Assembly (NCBI GenBank): GCA_052386335.1
Contig: JBQTKH010000009.1
Span: 1,842-65,841 of the forward strand
DNA from: Microthrixaceae bacterium
GTDB taxonomy: Bacteria; Actinomycetota; Acidimicrobiia; Acidimicrobiales; VFJN01
Direction: 5' to 3'
Length of the DNA stretch: 64,000 bases
The notes beneath the pieces are model-generated. The model did not search any database. It had not been told where the DNA came from and saw nothing but the letters and a program-made list of their open reading frames with translations. How positions within the stretch are numbered: the stretch's first letter is position 1; each line of letters starts with the position of its first letter. The translations under genes and the position numbers were made by a program. Of the stretch, positions 49,750 through 59,297 are shown piece by piece.

Positions 49750-50622
49750 TCAGTCCGTCACGAACTCGACGATGAGCTCGTTCACGATCTCGGGTCGCTC
49801 GAGCTGGAGGAAGTGGCCCGCGTCGTCGACGACCTCCATGCGCGAGCCGTCGCTCGTGAGGAACCCGCGGGCGGCCTCCGCGAGCTCGAGGCCGAGGCAG
49901 CCGTCGTCGCGTCCGTGGAGGTACAGCATCGGCTGGCTGGTGATCTCGCCGCCCTTGGCCTGCACCGCATCGAGGGCGGGATCGACGCCGACGTTGCTGA
50001 GCATGGCGCGGTAGTAGCCGAGCGCGGCGCCGAGGTTGGCCGGGTCGCGCAGCGCGTCCTTCACATGCACCAGGTCCTCCGTGGCGTCGTAGCCCGGGGA
50101 CCAGTCGGCCCACAGGCCATCGATGTAGGCGAAGTCGTTCATGCCCACGACCATGTCGGCCAGCGCGTGCTGGAAGAAGAACATGTACCAGGAGCGCTTC
50201 AGCTGCGCGTAGCTCATGAACCCGCCGGCGACCGCGCCCGCCGGCGGCACGGCGAGGGTGACGACGCGCTGCCAGCGCTCGGGCTCGTGGTTGGCCGCGA
50301 TGTAGGCGGCCATCGCACCCCAGTCGTGGCCGATGACCACGGCGGAGCCGTCGCCGCCGAGCGCGTCGTGGAGCGCGCAGGCGTCGAGCCCGAGCACCGC
50401 GCTCTGGTAGCGACCGTCGGTCGGCACTGACGTCGGCGCATAACCACGCATGAAGGGTGCCACCGCGTGGTAGCCCGCGTCGGCGAGTGCAGGCAGCAGG
50501 TGACGCCACGTCCACGCCGAGTCGGGGAACCCGTGCAGGCAGAGCGCCAAAGGTCCCGTCCCAGCCTCGAGGTAGCCGAACGTCATCCCGTTTGCATCGA
50601 CCTGACCGTTGGTGATCGTCAT
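49750..50622 (-). CDS. Alpha/beta hydrolase (epoxide hydrolase-like)
   Basis: HGFPD, GHDWG, AGHF. Confidence 0.92.
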   Translation of the reverse strand: MTITNGQVDANGMTFGYLEAGTGPLALCLHGFPDSAWTWRHLLPALADAGYHAVAPFMRGYAPTSVPTDGRYQSAVLGLDACALHDALGGDGSAVVIGHDWGAMAAYIAANHEPERWQRVVTLAVPPAGAVAGGFMSYAQLKRSWYMFFFQHALADMVVGMNDFAYIDGLWADWSPGYDATEDLVHVKDALRDPANLGAALGYYRAMLSNVGVDPALDAVQAKGGEITSQPMLYLHGRDDGCLGLELAEAARGFLTSDGSRMEVVDDAGHFLQLERPEIVNELIVEFVTD

Positions 50623-50666
50623 GGCCGCGCACCGTAGTGCTCGCGCTCGCGAGCGTGGTGCTCACC

Positions 50667-50687
50667 GACGTGTGTGAGACACACGTC
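50667..50687. promoter_or_regulatory. Perfect palindrome GACGTGTGT-GAG-ACACACGTC between divergent genes
   Basis: 9-bp perfect arms in the intergenic region. Confidence 0.5.
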
Positions 50688-50753
50688 ACACGCCGGACAC
50701 CCCCCGGCAATCCGCCAGTAGCCTTTGGGACTCAGCTGGACCCGGGGGGAACA

Positions 50754-51596
50754 CTGCTCAACGTCAGCTTCTTCGGGGTGCGGGGGTCCACCCCGTGCCC
50801 GTGCGACGCCAATCGCCGGTACGGAGGCAACACGTCCTGCGTGGCGTTGGAATCACCCGATCACGCACCAATCGTGCTCGACCTCGGGACCGGGCTGCGC
50901 TTCTGGGGCGAGACGCTCGACCCCGCGCAGGCGTTCGTCGGGTCGGCACTGGTCACGCACATCCATTGGGACCACGTGCAAGGCCTCCCGTTCTTCACTC
51001 CCGTGCTGCAGCCGGGTGCCCAGTTCGACGTGTACGGCCCACCCCAACCCGAGCACGGCTCCCTCGAGACGGCCTTCAACCACCTGATGCGGCCGCCCTA
51101 CTTCCCGGTCACCACCAAGGAGCTGCTCGGCGACATCCGCTTCCACGACGCCTGGAACGAGGACCTCGAGCTCGATGGCGCCAAGGTGAAGGCGCGCTCG
51201 GTGCCCCACGTGGGCAGCACGAGCGGGTACCGCGTCGAGATGGGAGGTACGAGCGTCGCCTACATCTCGGACCATCAGATGCCGGCCGACGGCACGTGCT
51301 CGATCACCGATGAGGTGCTCGAGCTGTGCGACGGCGTCGACCTCCTGATCCACGACGCGCAGTACACCGAAGACGAGTTCACCGCGAAGGCCACGTGGGG
51401 CCACTGCACCCCCGACTACGCGGTGCACGTCGCCAAGGAGTCGGGCGCTCGTCGGCTGGTGCTGTTCCACCACGACCCCACCCATCACGATGGCGCCGTC
51501 GATGCCATCCTCGCCCACGCGAAGCGCCTCGCGGGGGGCTCGACGATCGACGAGGTCATCGCTGCTCACGAGGGCCTTGTCATCTCCAACACCTGA
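50754..51596 (+). CDS. MBL-fold metallo-hydrolase
   Basis: GVRGS, GGNTSC, THIHWDH, LFHHDP; start uncertain (CTG 50754 or an upstream GTG). Confidence 0.9.
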   Translation: MLNVSFFGVRGSTPCPCDANRRYGGNTSCVALESPDHAPIVLDLGTGLRFWGETLDPAQAFVGSALVTHIHWDHVQGLPFFTPVLQPGAQFDVYGPPQPEHGSLETAFNHLMRPPYFPVTTKELLGDIRFHDAWNEDLELDGAKVKARSVPHVGSTSGYRVEMGGTSVAYISDHQMPADGTCSITDEVLELCDGVDLLIHDAQYTEDEFTAKATWGHCTPDYAVHVAKESGARRLVLFHHDPTHHDGAVDAILAHAKRLAGGSTIDEVIAAHEGLVISNT

Positions 51597-51616
51597 CGAC
51601 CGGTAGCGTCCCGTCG

Positions 51617-52105
51617 ATGAGCGTGCCGATCCCCTTCGACTCCGCGACCTACCGTCAGGTGCTCGGCCACTTCCCCACGGGCGTCACCGTGATCACGGCC
51701 GTGGCTGACGACGGACCCGTCGGGCTGGCGGTGGGCTCCTTCACGTCTGTGTCCCTCGACCCGCCCCTCGTGGCGTTCTTCCCGGGTTCGGGGTCGTCGT
51801 CGTGGCCGAAGATCGAGCGCGCCGGCTCGTTCTGCGTGAACATCTTGGGCGACGACCAGGAGGACGTCTGCCGGCGCTTCGCCTCGAAGGACGACGACAA
51901 GTTCGGGGGCCTCGGGTGGGACGCGGCGGGCTCTGGGAGCCCGCGGATCTCGGGCGCCATCGCGTGGATCGACTGTGACATCGAGTCCGTCACCGCCGCC
52001 GGGGACCACTTCTGCGTGATGGGCCGCGTGCGCGACCTCGGCGTCGGACACGACGGCGGCCCGCTCGTGTTCTTCCGCGGCGGCTACGGCCGCTTCGCGG
52101 TGTAG
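51617..52105 (+). CDS. Flavin reductase family protein
   Basis: FPTGVTVIT, SFTSVSLDPPLV, AGDH. Confidence 0.95.
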   Translation: MSVPIPFDSATYRQVLGHFPTGVTVITAVADDGPVGLAVGSFTSVSLDPPLVAFFPGSGSSSWPKIERAGSFCVNILGDDQEDVCRRFASKDDDKFGGLGWDAAGSGSPRISGAIAWIDCDIESVTAAGDHFCVMGRVRDLGVGHDGGPLVFFRGGYGRFAV

Positions 52106-52109
52106 TCGC

Positions 52110-52631
52110 GTGCCCATCTACGCCCTCGGGTCCGTTGAGCCCCAGATCGACCCGACGGCCTACATCCACCCCGACGCCGTCGTGATCGGGGAGGTGACGA
52201 TCGGTGCGGAGGCGTCCGTGTGGCCCGGCGCCGTGCTGCGTGGCGATCCCGGTGGCATCGTGATCGGCGCCCGCACGTCGGTGCAGGACGGAACAGTCGT
52301 GCACACGACGCCCTTCCATCCCACGATCGTGGGCATGGAGTGCGTCGTCGGCCACAACGTCCATCTCGAGGGCTGCACCATCGGGGATGGATCGCTCATC
52401 GGCTCAGGCGCGATCGTGCTCAACGGTGCCGTGGTGGAACCGGAAGCGCTCGTCGGAGCGGGCGCGCTCGTATCGGGGAGCATGGTGGTGCCGAGTCGGG
52501 CCATGGCCCTCGGCGTTCCTGCCACCATCAAGCCCGACTCGGTGCGACCCGACCTGCACATCGCCCCGGGGATGCGCGTCTACGTCGAGCGCGGACGCAC
52601 CTATCGCGAGCAGCTTCGGCGCCTCGACTGA
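52110..52631 (+). CDS. Gamma-carbonic anhydrase family protein
   Basis: Hexapeptide repeats, LRGD, VQD..VH, GH..HL. Confidence 0.92.
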   Translation: MPIYALGSVEPQIDPTAYIHPDAVVIGEVTIGAEASVWPGAVLRGDPGGIVIGARTSVQDGTVVHTTPFHPTIVGMECVVGHNVHLEGCTIGDGSLIGSGAIVLNGAVVEPEALVGAGALVSGSMVVPSRAMALGVPATIKPDSVRPDLHIAPGMRVYVERGRTYREQLRRLD

Positions 52632-52649
52632 GTCGGGACGGCGATCCCC

Positions 52650-55037
52650 TCAGACGGCGGCGGGCTCGGGCGTCAGCTCGAGAAGTGTGACCAGGCCGTC
52701 CATGGCGCGCTGGCGTGCCCATGCGGCGACGAACGCATCGTCGCTCAGGTACACGAGCTGGTGGTGCTCCGCTGCCTCGAGCACGACGTCGAGGAGATCC
52801 CACGTCCGGTCCGCAGGCACCCGTGCCAGCACCTCGTCGAGCACGACGGGAACCGGGTCGCCAGTCGGCCCTGCACTCGACGCGGTCTCCAGATGCGCGA
52901 GCAGCTGCTGACGGATCTCGGCGATCACGGCGGGGTCGCTGCTCCCGTCGTGACCTGTCTGGCTGAGCTCGAGGGCGGCGACGCGCCGCTCGAGCGCCGC
53001 ATGGCGATCGGCAAGACGAGCCGCGTCGCCACCACGGCGTGCGCAGGCGAGCTGCTCGAGCAGGTCCTTGCGGCGGATCTCGAGCTCAGGGATGTCGGGT
53101 GTCTTGGCCTCGGCAGCGGTGACGGACGCCCACTCTGGACGCCGCAGCTCCGCGGCTGACTGCTGCAGCTCCTGGAGCTCGGCGTCGAGCTCGGCGCGGG
53201 GCCGAGCGGCTTCACGGGCGGCTTCGCGCTCGGCGGCTCGGGCGATGGCCCAGTCGAGCGCGCCAGCGCGGGCATCGAGCGCGCCGGCGTCGAACCCGAG
53301 CTCGAGGAGCAGCCCGTCGAGCCGCGCCGCGATTTCCTCGACGTCGGCTTCGGCTGCCGCGAGGCGTGTCTGCGCGCGCGCGACCGCACCCAGCTCACAC
53401 TGGCGAGCGACTGCCTCGGGCACCGCTCCGAGCTCGTTGAGGTGGTCATCGCCGAGCTCGAAGGGAGCGATGGCGTCGAGCACGGCTTGCCGGGCCGCGG
53501 CAACTGCGGGCTCGGCTTCGCCGTGCAGCTCGTCCCGGAGCAGCTCGATCTCCTCTGCGGTGTCTCCGAGGTCGCGCAGCGCAGTGCTGTACGCGTCGAT
53601 CTCGGTGCGCAGCGCCATCGCTCGATCCAGCTCCGCGGCTCCCACCAGCTCGTGCCAGCTTGCGATGGCCGAGCGGTGCTCGGCCATCGTCGTCACCACG
53701 AGCGACCTCAGCTCAGGATCGACGCTGGCTTCGACACGACGGATGTGGAACCCGAGGTAGGTGGTGGCATCGGCCAGCTCCAGCGCTGCGAGCTCCGCCC
53801 GGCTGGCCGACCGCAGTCGACGCTTGGGGCGGACGATGCCGCTGATGGTTGCGACTCCCGCGATGATCACGCCCACGGGGATGATCGGGAGCAGGCTGAG
53901 CGCACCGACCACGGTCAGCGCCGCGCCGAGCACGGCTCCAGAGATGCCGGGAAGGCGGACGGCGGCTGCCGCGCGCTCGGCGGCTTCCAGCTCAGCATGG
54001 GCGACCTCGATCGCCTCGATGAGCTGGGGCGCGGGACCCATCTCGTCGACCTCGACGCCGCCGAGCGAGACCTGCAGCTGGCGGAGCGCCCTCGTCGCAT
54101 CGGCCGCCCGATCGGCGGCGCACCACAGCGGCGCCTGCTCATGCAACCCAAGCTCGGCCACGATCGGGTCAGATGGGGCTGGCAGCTTGGACACCGACAG
54201 CGATTGCAGCCGGTGGTCGAGCGACGCATGAGCGCTCACGGCCTGCCGGAGCGCGCCGATCAGCTCGTCGAGGTCGGTGGGTGCTTCGCCGGGGATCGCC
54301 GCCAGTCGCTCGCACTCCGGCGGCGCGAGGCGCGCTCGGCCGTCGAGGTCCGTCACGAGGGCGGCGACCGCGTCGAGAGCGTCGCTCCACGCCTGCACCA
54401 GGGCACGGGCGGCGTCGGCGGAGGCCAGGAGGTTGCGGTCCGAGTCGATGCTCGCGGTACCCGCATCGATGGCGGCGACCTCGGCCCGAACCCGCTCGAG
54501 CTGCGCGAGCACGAGTGCGTACTCGCGTCGGGCCACGCCATCGTGTGCGGCTCGCAGATCGCGCTCGAGCTGCTCGAGGGCCACCTGGAGCGCGTGAACA
54601 GCGTGCTCCTCGGCGAGGGCGGCATCGAGCTCAGCGGTGAGCTCCTCGAGCGCGACCCGTGCCTCTCGAAGCTCGGGGGGCTCATTGGCGCGCATCGCGC
54701 GCGTGCGCGCGCCGAGGTCCTCCGAGCTGAGAACGATCAGGGAGCGGACGGCGACTGGATCGGCGCTCAGGCTGCCCAGGGGGTCCGGAGCAGGGGAGCC
54801 GTCCGCATAGCGAGCGTTGAGACGACCGTCGGCCGCCTGGACGGTCAGGTGGCGGCCCTGGCCATCGGTCATGTGGAGCTGGGTCCGCTCGCGCCCGGCG
54901 CCGGCCGAGCTCAGGATGCTCTCGCTGAGCGCCAGTCGCTCGGCGGTCCCCAAACCGCACAGCATCGTGAGCGAGGGGTGGAAGCGGACGTGAAGGTCGC
55001 CCTCTGGGTCATGCAAGGTCAGCTCGTCGAACTGCAC
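52650..55037 (-). CDS. SMC/YhaN-like coiled-coil protein with central TM hairpin and degenerate ATPase head
   Basis: N-terminal beta head, long coiled coils, two central hydrophobic helices, C-terminal PVVLDE...QLVYLS; GAAGGAG RBS. Confidence 0.75.
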   Translation of the reverse strand: MQFDELTLHDPEGDLHVRFHPSLTMLCGLGTAERLALSESILSSAGAGRERTQLHMTDGQGRHLTVQAADGRLNARYADGSPAPDPLGSLSADPVAVRSLIVLSSEDLGARTRAMRANEPPELREARVALEELTAELDAALAEEHAVHALQVALEQLERDLRAAHDGVARREYALVLAQLERVRAEVAAIDAGTASIDSDRNLLASADAARALVQAWSDALDAVAALVTDLDGRARLAPPECERLAAIPGEAPTDLDELIGALRQAVSAHASLDHRLQSLSVSKLPAPSDPIVAELGLHEQAPLWCAADRAADATRALRQLQVSLGGVEVDEMGPAPQLIEAIEVAHAELEAAERAAAAVRLPGISGAVLGAALTVVGALSLLPIIPVGVIIAGVATISGIVRPKRRLRSASRAELAALELADATTYLGFHIRRVEASVDPELRSLVVTTMAEHRSAIASWHELVGAAELDRAMALRTEIDAYSTALRDLGDTAEEIELLRDELHGEAEPAVAAARQAVLDAIAPFELGDDHLNELGAVPEAVARQCELGAVARAQTRLAAAEADVEEIAARLDGLLLELGFDAGALDARAGALDWAIARAAEREAAREAARPRAELDAELQELQQSAAELRRPEWASVTAAEAKTPDIPELEIRRKDLLEQLACARRGGDAARLADRHAALERRVAALELSQTGHDGSSDPAVIAEIRQQLLAHLETASSAGPTGDPVPVVLDEVLARVPADRTWDLLDVVLEAAEHHQLVYLSDDAFVAAWARQRAMDGLVTLLELTPEPAAV

Positions 55038-55145
55038 GCGGTCTCCTTCGGTTGCCGCTGTTGCATCGGCACTCGGAGCCCCGACCTGTAGCCCTTGTAG
55101 GTCGTTTGAACTAGTGGCTCGACCCCGACAACGGGGACAAACGGG

Positions 55146-55544
55146 TCACGCCCCGCTGTCGAGCCAGGCGAGACTGGAAATCGGGAGGTTTCGGACGATC
55201 GCGAAGACGGCAGCCACCGCGATGAGCACTCCAGGCGCCCACCGAGGAAGCGCCAACGTGCGGGTCGGGCGACCGATCGCCGCTCGCACCCAGCGCCACC
55301 AGATGATGGCCCCGATGGGCACGGCGGCCACGAGCAGGAGGTTGTGATCGAGCGCGTCGCCGACGTTGCCCCTGGTGAGCGCGTGCAGCCCGCGGAGGGT
55401 GCCGCAGGCGGGGCAATCGATGCCCAACAGCGCCCTGGTGGGGCAGGTGGGGTACAGGCCGCCCTCGGCGGGGTCGACCAGCGCGAGCAGCGCGCACCCG
55501 GCCACCGCGCTCATGGCGAGCGACGCCTGGCTCGTGCGCTCCAT
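55146..55544 (-). CDS. DUF2752 membrane protein
   Basis: CP...GIDCPACGTLR, F.IVRN. Confidence 0.9.
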   Translation of the reverse strand: MERTSQASLAMSAVAGCALLALVDPAEGGLYPTCPTRALLGIDCPACGTLRGLHALTRGNVGDALDHNLLLVAAVPIGAIIWWRWVRAAIGRPTRTLALPRWAPGVLIAVAAVFAIVRNLPISSLAWLDSGA

Positions 55545-55654
55545 CCCCCAACGGTACGCCCCATCGGCGGGTCGCGTTCGCCGATCTCACTGGCCAGCAC
55601 GTGGGGTGACACCAGTAAGTTGACCGGCGGGTCAAGCGGGGAGAGCGGCGACAC

Positions 55655-57451
55655 ATGCCCGAGGGCACGACGAAGGTGAGCACCGGGTGGCCGCTGATCG
55701 TCGCGGCCTGCCGCACGCGGTGGGTCGGGCTGCTCATGGGCGTGCTGGTCGGGCTGGGCTGGACGGCCGGCAAGGTGAGCGTGGGCATGCTCGTGCAGCG
55801 CGCCGTCGATCAGGGCATCGAGGCCGACGACATGCCAGCCCTTCGGCAGTGGGCGCTCGTGATCGCCGGCGTGGCGCTCGTCGTGGGCTGCTTCACGGGG
55901 CTGCGTCGCTACGCCGCGTTCCGCGAGGCGCGGTGGGTGGAAGCCGACCTGCGCGAGCGCCTGTTCGCGCACCTCCAGCGCCTCCACTTCGCGTACCACG
56001 ATCACGCGCAGACGGGTCAGCTGATGAGTCGCGCCAACACCGACCTCCAGCAGATCCAGGCGTTCGTCGTGATGATCCCCCTCACGATCTCGAACTCGGT
56101 GACGGTCCTCGCGGTGACGGTGATCCTCCTGCGGACCGACCCGCTGCTCACCGTGCTCGCGCTCGGCAGCCTGCCGTTCCTGAACGTGCTCGCCACCCGC
56201 TTCTCCCGGCGGTTGCACCCTGCGGTGCTCGGGATCCAGCAGGAGTCCGCCGAGCTGGCCGCGGTGGTCGAGGAGACCGTCGCCGGGGTGCGGGTCGTGA
56301 AGGGCTTCGGCGCGGAACGGGTGCAAGCGGCTCGCCTTCGGGTGGAGGCCGACGACGTCTACGAGCGCTCGATGGAGGCGGCTCGGGTCAGGGCCCGCTT
56401 CCTGCCCGCCCTCGAGCTGCTTCCCAACGTCGGGCTCATCGCCACCCTCGGCTACGGCGGGCACCAGGTGATCGACGGTGGTCTCACCCTCGGTGAGCTC
56501 GTGGGCTTCAACGTGTACGTGGTGATGCTCATCTGGCCGCTTCGCATGCTCGGCATGATCTTGGCCCAGGCCCAGCGGGCCGCAGCCTCAGCGGAGCGGG
56601 TGCGGGAGGTGCTGGAGACGGCGCCTGTGATCGCCGACTCGATCGGGGGTGCGCCGCTCCCGCCAGCCGGACCGTCGGGAGGTCGCGGCGACGTCACCTT
56701 CGAGGACGTGCGGTTCTCGTACGGGCCGGGCCTGCCGAACGTGCTCGACGGGTTCGACCTCGTCGTGCCGGCCGGACAGTCGGTCGCGCTGGTCGGTGCG
56801 ACCGGGAGCGGCAAGAGCACGGTCGCGCGCCTGATCCCTCGCTTCTACGACGCCATCGACGGGCGGGTGCTGGTGGACGGGATCGACGTGCGCGAGGTGC
56901 GTCTGCGCGAGCTGCGCAAGGCCATCGGGATCGTGTTCGAGGAGACCTTCCTCTTCTCGGAGTCGATCGGCGCCAACATCGCCTTCGCCGACCCCGATGC
57001 GCCGATGGAAGCGATCGTCCGCGCCGCGCGGCTTGCGGGCGCCCACGAGTTCATCGAGGCGTTGCCCGATGGCTACGCCACGGCGATCGGCGAGCGCGGC
57101 TACTCCTTGTCGGGCGGCCAGCGACAGCGCATCGCGATCGCCCGAGCGATCCTCGCGGACCCACGCATCCTCATCCTCGACGATGCCACCTCGTCCGTTG
57201 ATCCGACCAAGGAGCACGAGATCCGCGACGCCCTGGCCGAGGTCATGCGCGACCGCACCACCATCGTCATCGCGCACCGCCCCGCCACGATCGCGCTGGC
57301 CGACCGCGTCGTGCTGCTCGGTGGCGGCCGAGTGCTGGCCGATGGCACCCACCACGACCTGCTCGCGACGAACGATGCCTACCGCGAGGTGCTCGCCTCG
57401 GCGTCGCATCGCGACACGCATCCGGTGGTCGATCTCGAGGACGTGCGCTGA
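55655..57451 (+). CDS. ABC exporter (TMD+NBD), subunit 1
   Basis: TGQLMSRA, GATGSGKS, LSGGQRQR, LDDATSSVD (degenerate site). Confidence 0.95.
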   Translation: MPEGTTKVSTGWPLIVAACRTRWVGLLMGVLVGLGWTAGKVSVGMLVQRAVDQGIEADDMPALRQWALVIAGVALVVGCFTGLRRYAAFREARWVEADLRERLFAHLQRLHFAYHDHAQTGQLMSRANTDLQQIQAFVVMIPLTISNSVTVLAVTVILLRTDPLLTVLALGSLPFLNVLATRFSRRLHPAVLGIQQESAELAAVVEETVAGVRVVKGFGAERVQAARLRVEADDVYERSMEAARVRARFLPALELLPNVGLIATLGYGGHQVIDGGLTLGELVGFNVYVVMLIWPLRMLGMILAQAQRAAASAERVREVLETAPVIADSIGGAPLPPAGPSGGRGDVTFEDVRFSYGPGLPNVLDGFDLVVPAGQSVALVGATGSGKSTVARLIPRFYDAIDGRVLVDGIDVREVRLRELRKAIGIVFEETFLFSESIGANIAFADPDAPMEAIVRAARLAGAHEFIEALPDGYATAIGERGYSLSGGQRQRIAIARAILADPRILILDDATSSVDPTKEHEIRDALAEVMRDRTTIVIAHRPATIALADRVVLLGGGRVLADGTHHDLLATNDAYREVLASASHRDTHPVVDLEDVR

Positions 57452-57452
57452 C

Positions 57453-59255
57453 ATGTGGATGCAAGGGGGCGTCGACGAAGCCGATCGTCTCGATGCTGAA
57501 GCAGCGCGTCACCTGTTGCGTCGTGCCTTCTCGATGCTCCGCCCATACCGCCGGGCGATGGTCGGGGCGCTCTGCATGGTCGTGCTGTGGACGGCGACGA
57601 CGCTCGCGGGCCCGTTCCTCGTCCGCCACGGGATCGACCAGGGGATCAAGGCCGATGACGGCGGTGCCCTCGACGCAGCGGTCATCGGGTATGTCGTCGT
57701 TGCGGTCATCTCGTTCGTCACGTACCGCTTCCAGGTGCTGCTGATCAGCCGAATCGGCGAAGCGTTCCTGCGCGATCTCCGGGTGCGCGTGTTCGACCAC
57801 CTCCAGCGGCTCTCGATGCCGTTCTACGACCGCGAGAAGGCCGGCGTGATCGTCTCCCGCATGACGAGCGACGTCGACTCGATGCAAGAGCTGGTGCAGA
57901 TGGGGCTGCTCATGTTCGTGAGCAACGGGTTGCTCCTGATGGTGTCGATCGTCGTCTTGGCGGCCGTGTCGTGGAAGCTCCTCGTGCTCTCGGTCGTGAG
58001 CCTGCCGGTGGTGGTGGTCGCCAGCATCCGGTTCCAGCGGGCGTCGAACGTCGCCTACCTCGACGTGCGCGATGGCATCGGGAGCACGCTCTCCCACCTC
58101 CAGGAGGGGCTCGCCGGGGTGCGCGTCGTGCAGGCCTTCGGCCGGGAGGAGGTGGAGTCGGCTCGCTTCCGGAGAGGGAGCCGCCGCCTCTACGACGCCC
58201 ACATGCGGTCAGTGAAGATCTCGGCCTGGTACCTGCCGGTGATCGAGGTCGCCGGGCTGCTCTCGACGGCGATCGCGGTGGGTGTGGGTGGCTGGTGGGT
58301 CCACACCGGCGAGCTCACCGTGGGCACGGTGACGTTCTTCGTGCTGACGCTCTCGAACCTCTTCGAGCCCGTGCAGCAGCTCTCGCAGCTGTTCAACATC
58401 GTCCAGTCAGCCGGTGCCTCGCTCAACAAGCTCTTCGGCCTGCTCGACACGCCGGTCGACGTCCCGGAGCGCCCCGGTGCGGTGGACCTGCCCGAGCGCG
58501 GCGAGATCACCGTCGACCATGTCGACTTCGCCTACGCGAGCGGCGCGCCGGTGCTCCGCGACGTGTCCCTCACCATCCCCGTCGGGGCGCGCATCGCCCT
58601 GGTGGGACCCACCGGAGCGGGCAAGTCCACCCTGGCCAAGCTCATCGCACGGCTCTACGACCCAACCGCCGGCACCGTGCGGTACGCCGGGATCGACCTT
58701 CGTGATGCAACGCGGAGATCGCTTCGCCAACGGGTAGTGGTCGTGCCCCAGGAAGGGTTCCTCTTCAACGGCACCGTCCTCGACAACGTGCGGTTGGCTC
58801 GCGAGGGCGCCACCGACGTCGACGTGCTTGCTGCGCTTCGAGCCATCGGGGTCGACGAGCGCTTCGCCGAGCTGCCCGACGGGCTCTCCACGGAGGTGCA
58901 GGAGCGAGGCTCGCGGTTCTCAGCCGGCGAGAAGCAGCTCGTCTCGCTCGCCCGTGCTGCGCTCGCCGATCCGGCGGTGCTGGTGCTCGACGAAGCCACC
59001 TCCAGCCTCGATCCGGGCACCGAGGTGATCGTGGAGCGGGCCATGGCCAAGCTCATGGAGGGCCGCACCGTGATCATCATCGCCCACCGCCTCTCCACAG
59101 CCGAGCGAGCCGATCTGGTGGGGGTGGTCGCCGAGGGGCAGCTGCTCGAGCTGGGCACCCACGCCGAGCTCGTGGCCGAGGGCGGCCGCTACGCCGACCT
59201 GTTCGCCACCTGGTCAGGTGGGATCGGCGGGCCGGAATTGTTACCATCGTCGTAG
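57453..59255 (+). CDS. ABC exporter (TMD+NBD), subunit 2
   Basis: SRMTSDV, GPTGAGKS, FSAGEKQ, LDEATSSLD, IAHRLST. Confidence 0.95.
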   Translation: MWMQGGVDEADRLDAEAARHLLRRAFSMLRPYRRAMVGALCMVVLWTATTLAGPFLVRHGIDQGIKADDGGALDAAVIGYVVVAVISFVTYRFQVLLISRIGEAFLRDLRVRVFDHLQRLSMPFYDREKAGVIVSRMTSDVDSMQELVQMGLLMFVSNGLLLMVSIVVLAAVSWKLLVLSVVSLPVVVVASIRFQRASNVAYLDVRDGIGSTLSHLQEGLAGVRVVQAFGREEVESARFRRGSRRLYDAHMRSVKISAWYLPVIEVAGLLSTAIAVGVGGWWVHTGELTVGTVTFFVLTLSNLFEPVQQLSQLFNIVQSAGASLNKLFGLLDTPVDVPERPGAVDLPERGEITVDHVDFAYASGAPVLRDVSLTIPVGARIALVGPTGAGKSTLAKLIARLYDPTAGTVRYAGIDLRDATRRSLRQRVVVVPQEGFLFNGTVLDNVRLAREGATDVDVLAALRAIGVDERFAELPDGLSTEVQERGSRFSAGEKQLVSLARAALADPAVLVLDEATSSLDPGTEVIVERAMAKLMEGRTVIIIAHRLSTAERADLVGVVAEGQLLELGTHAELVAEGGRYADLFATWSGGIGGPELLPSS

Positions 59256-59297
59256 GAGAAATCCCCTCGCACCATGCTCCGCCCCGAAAGGCGCCTG

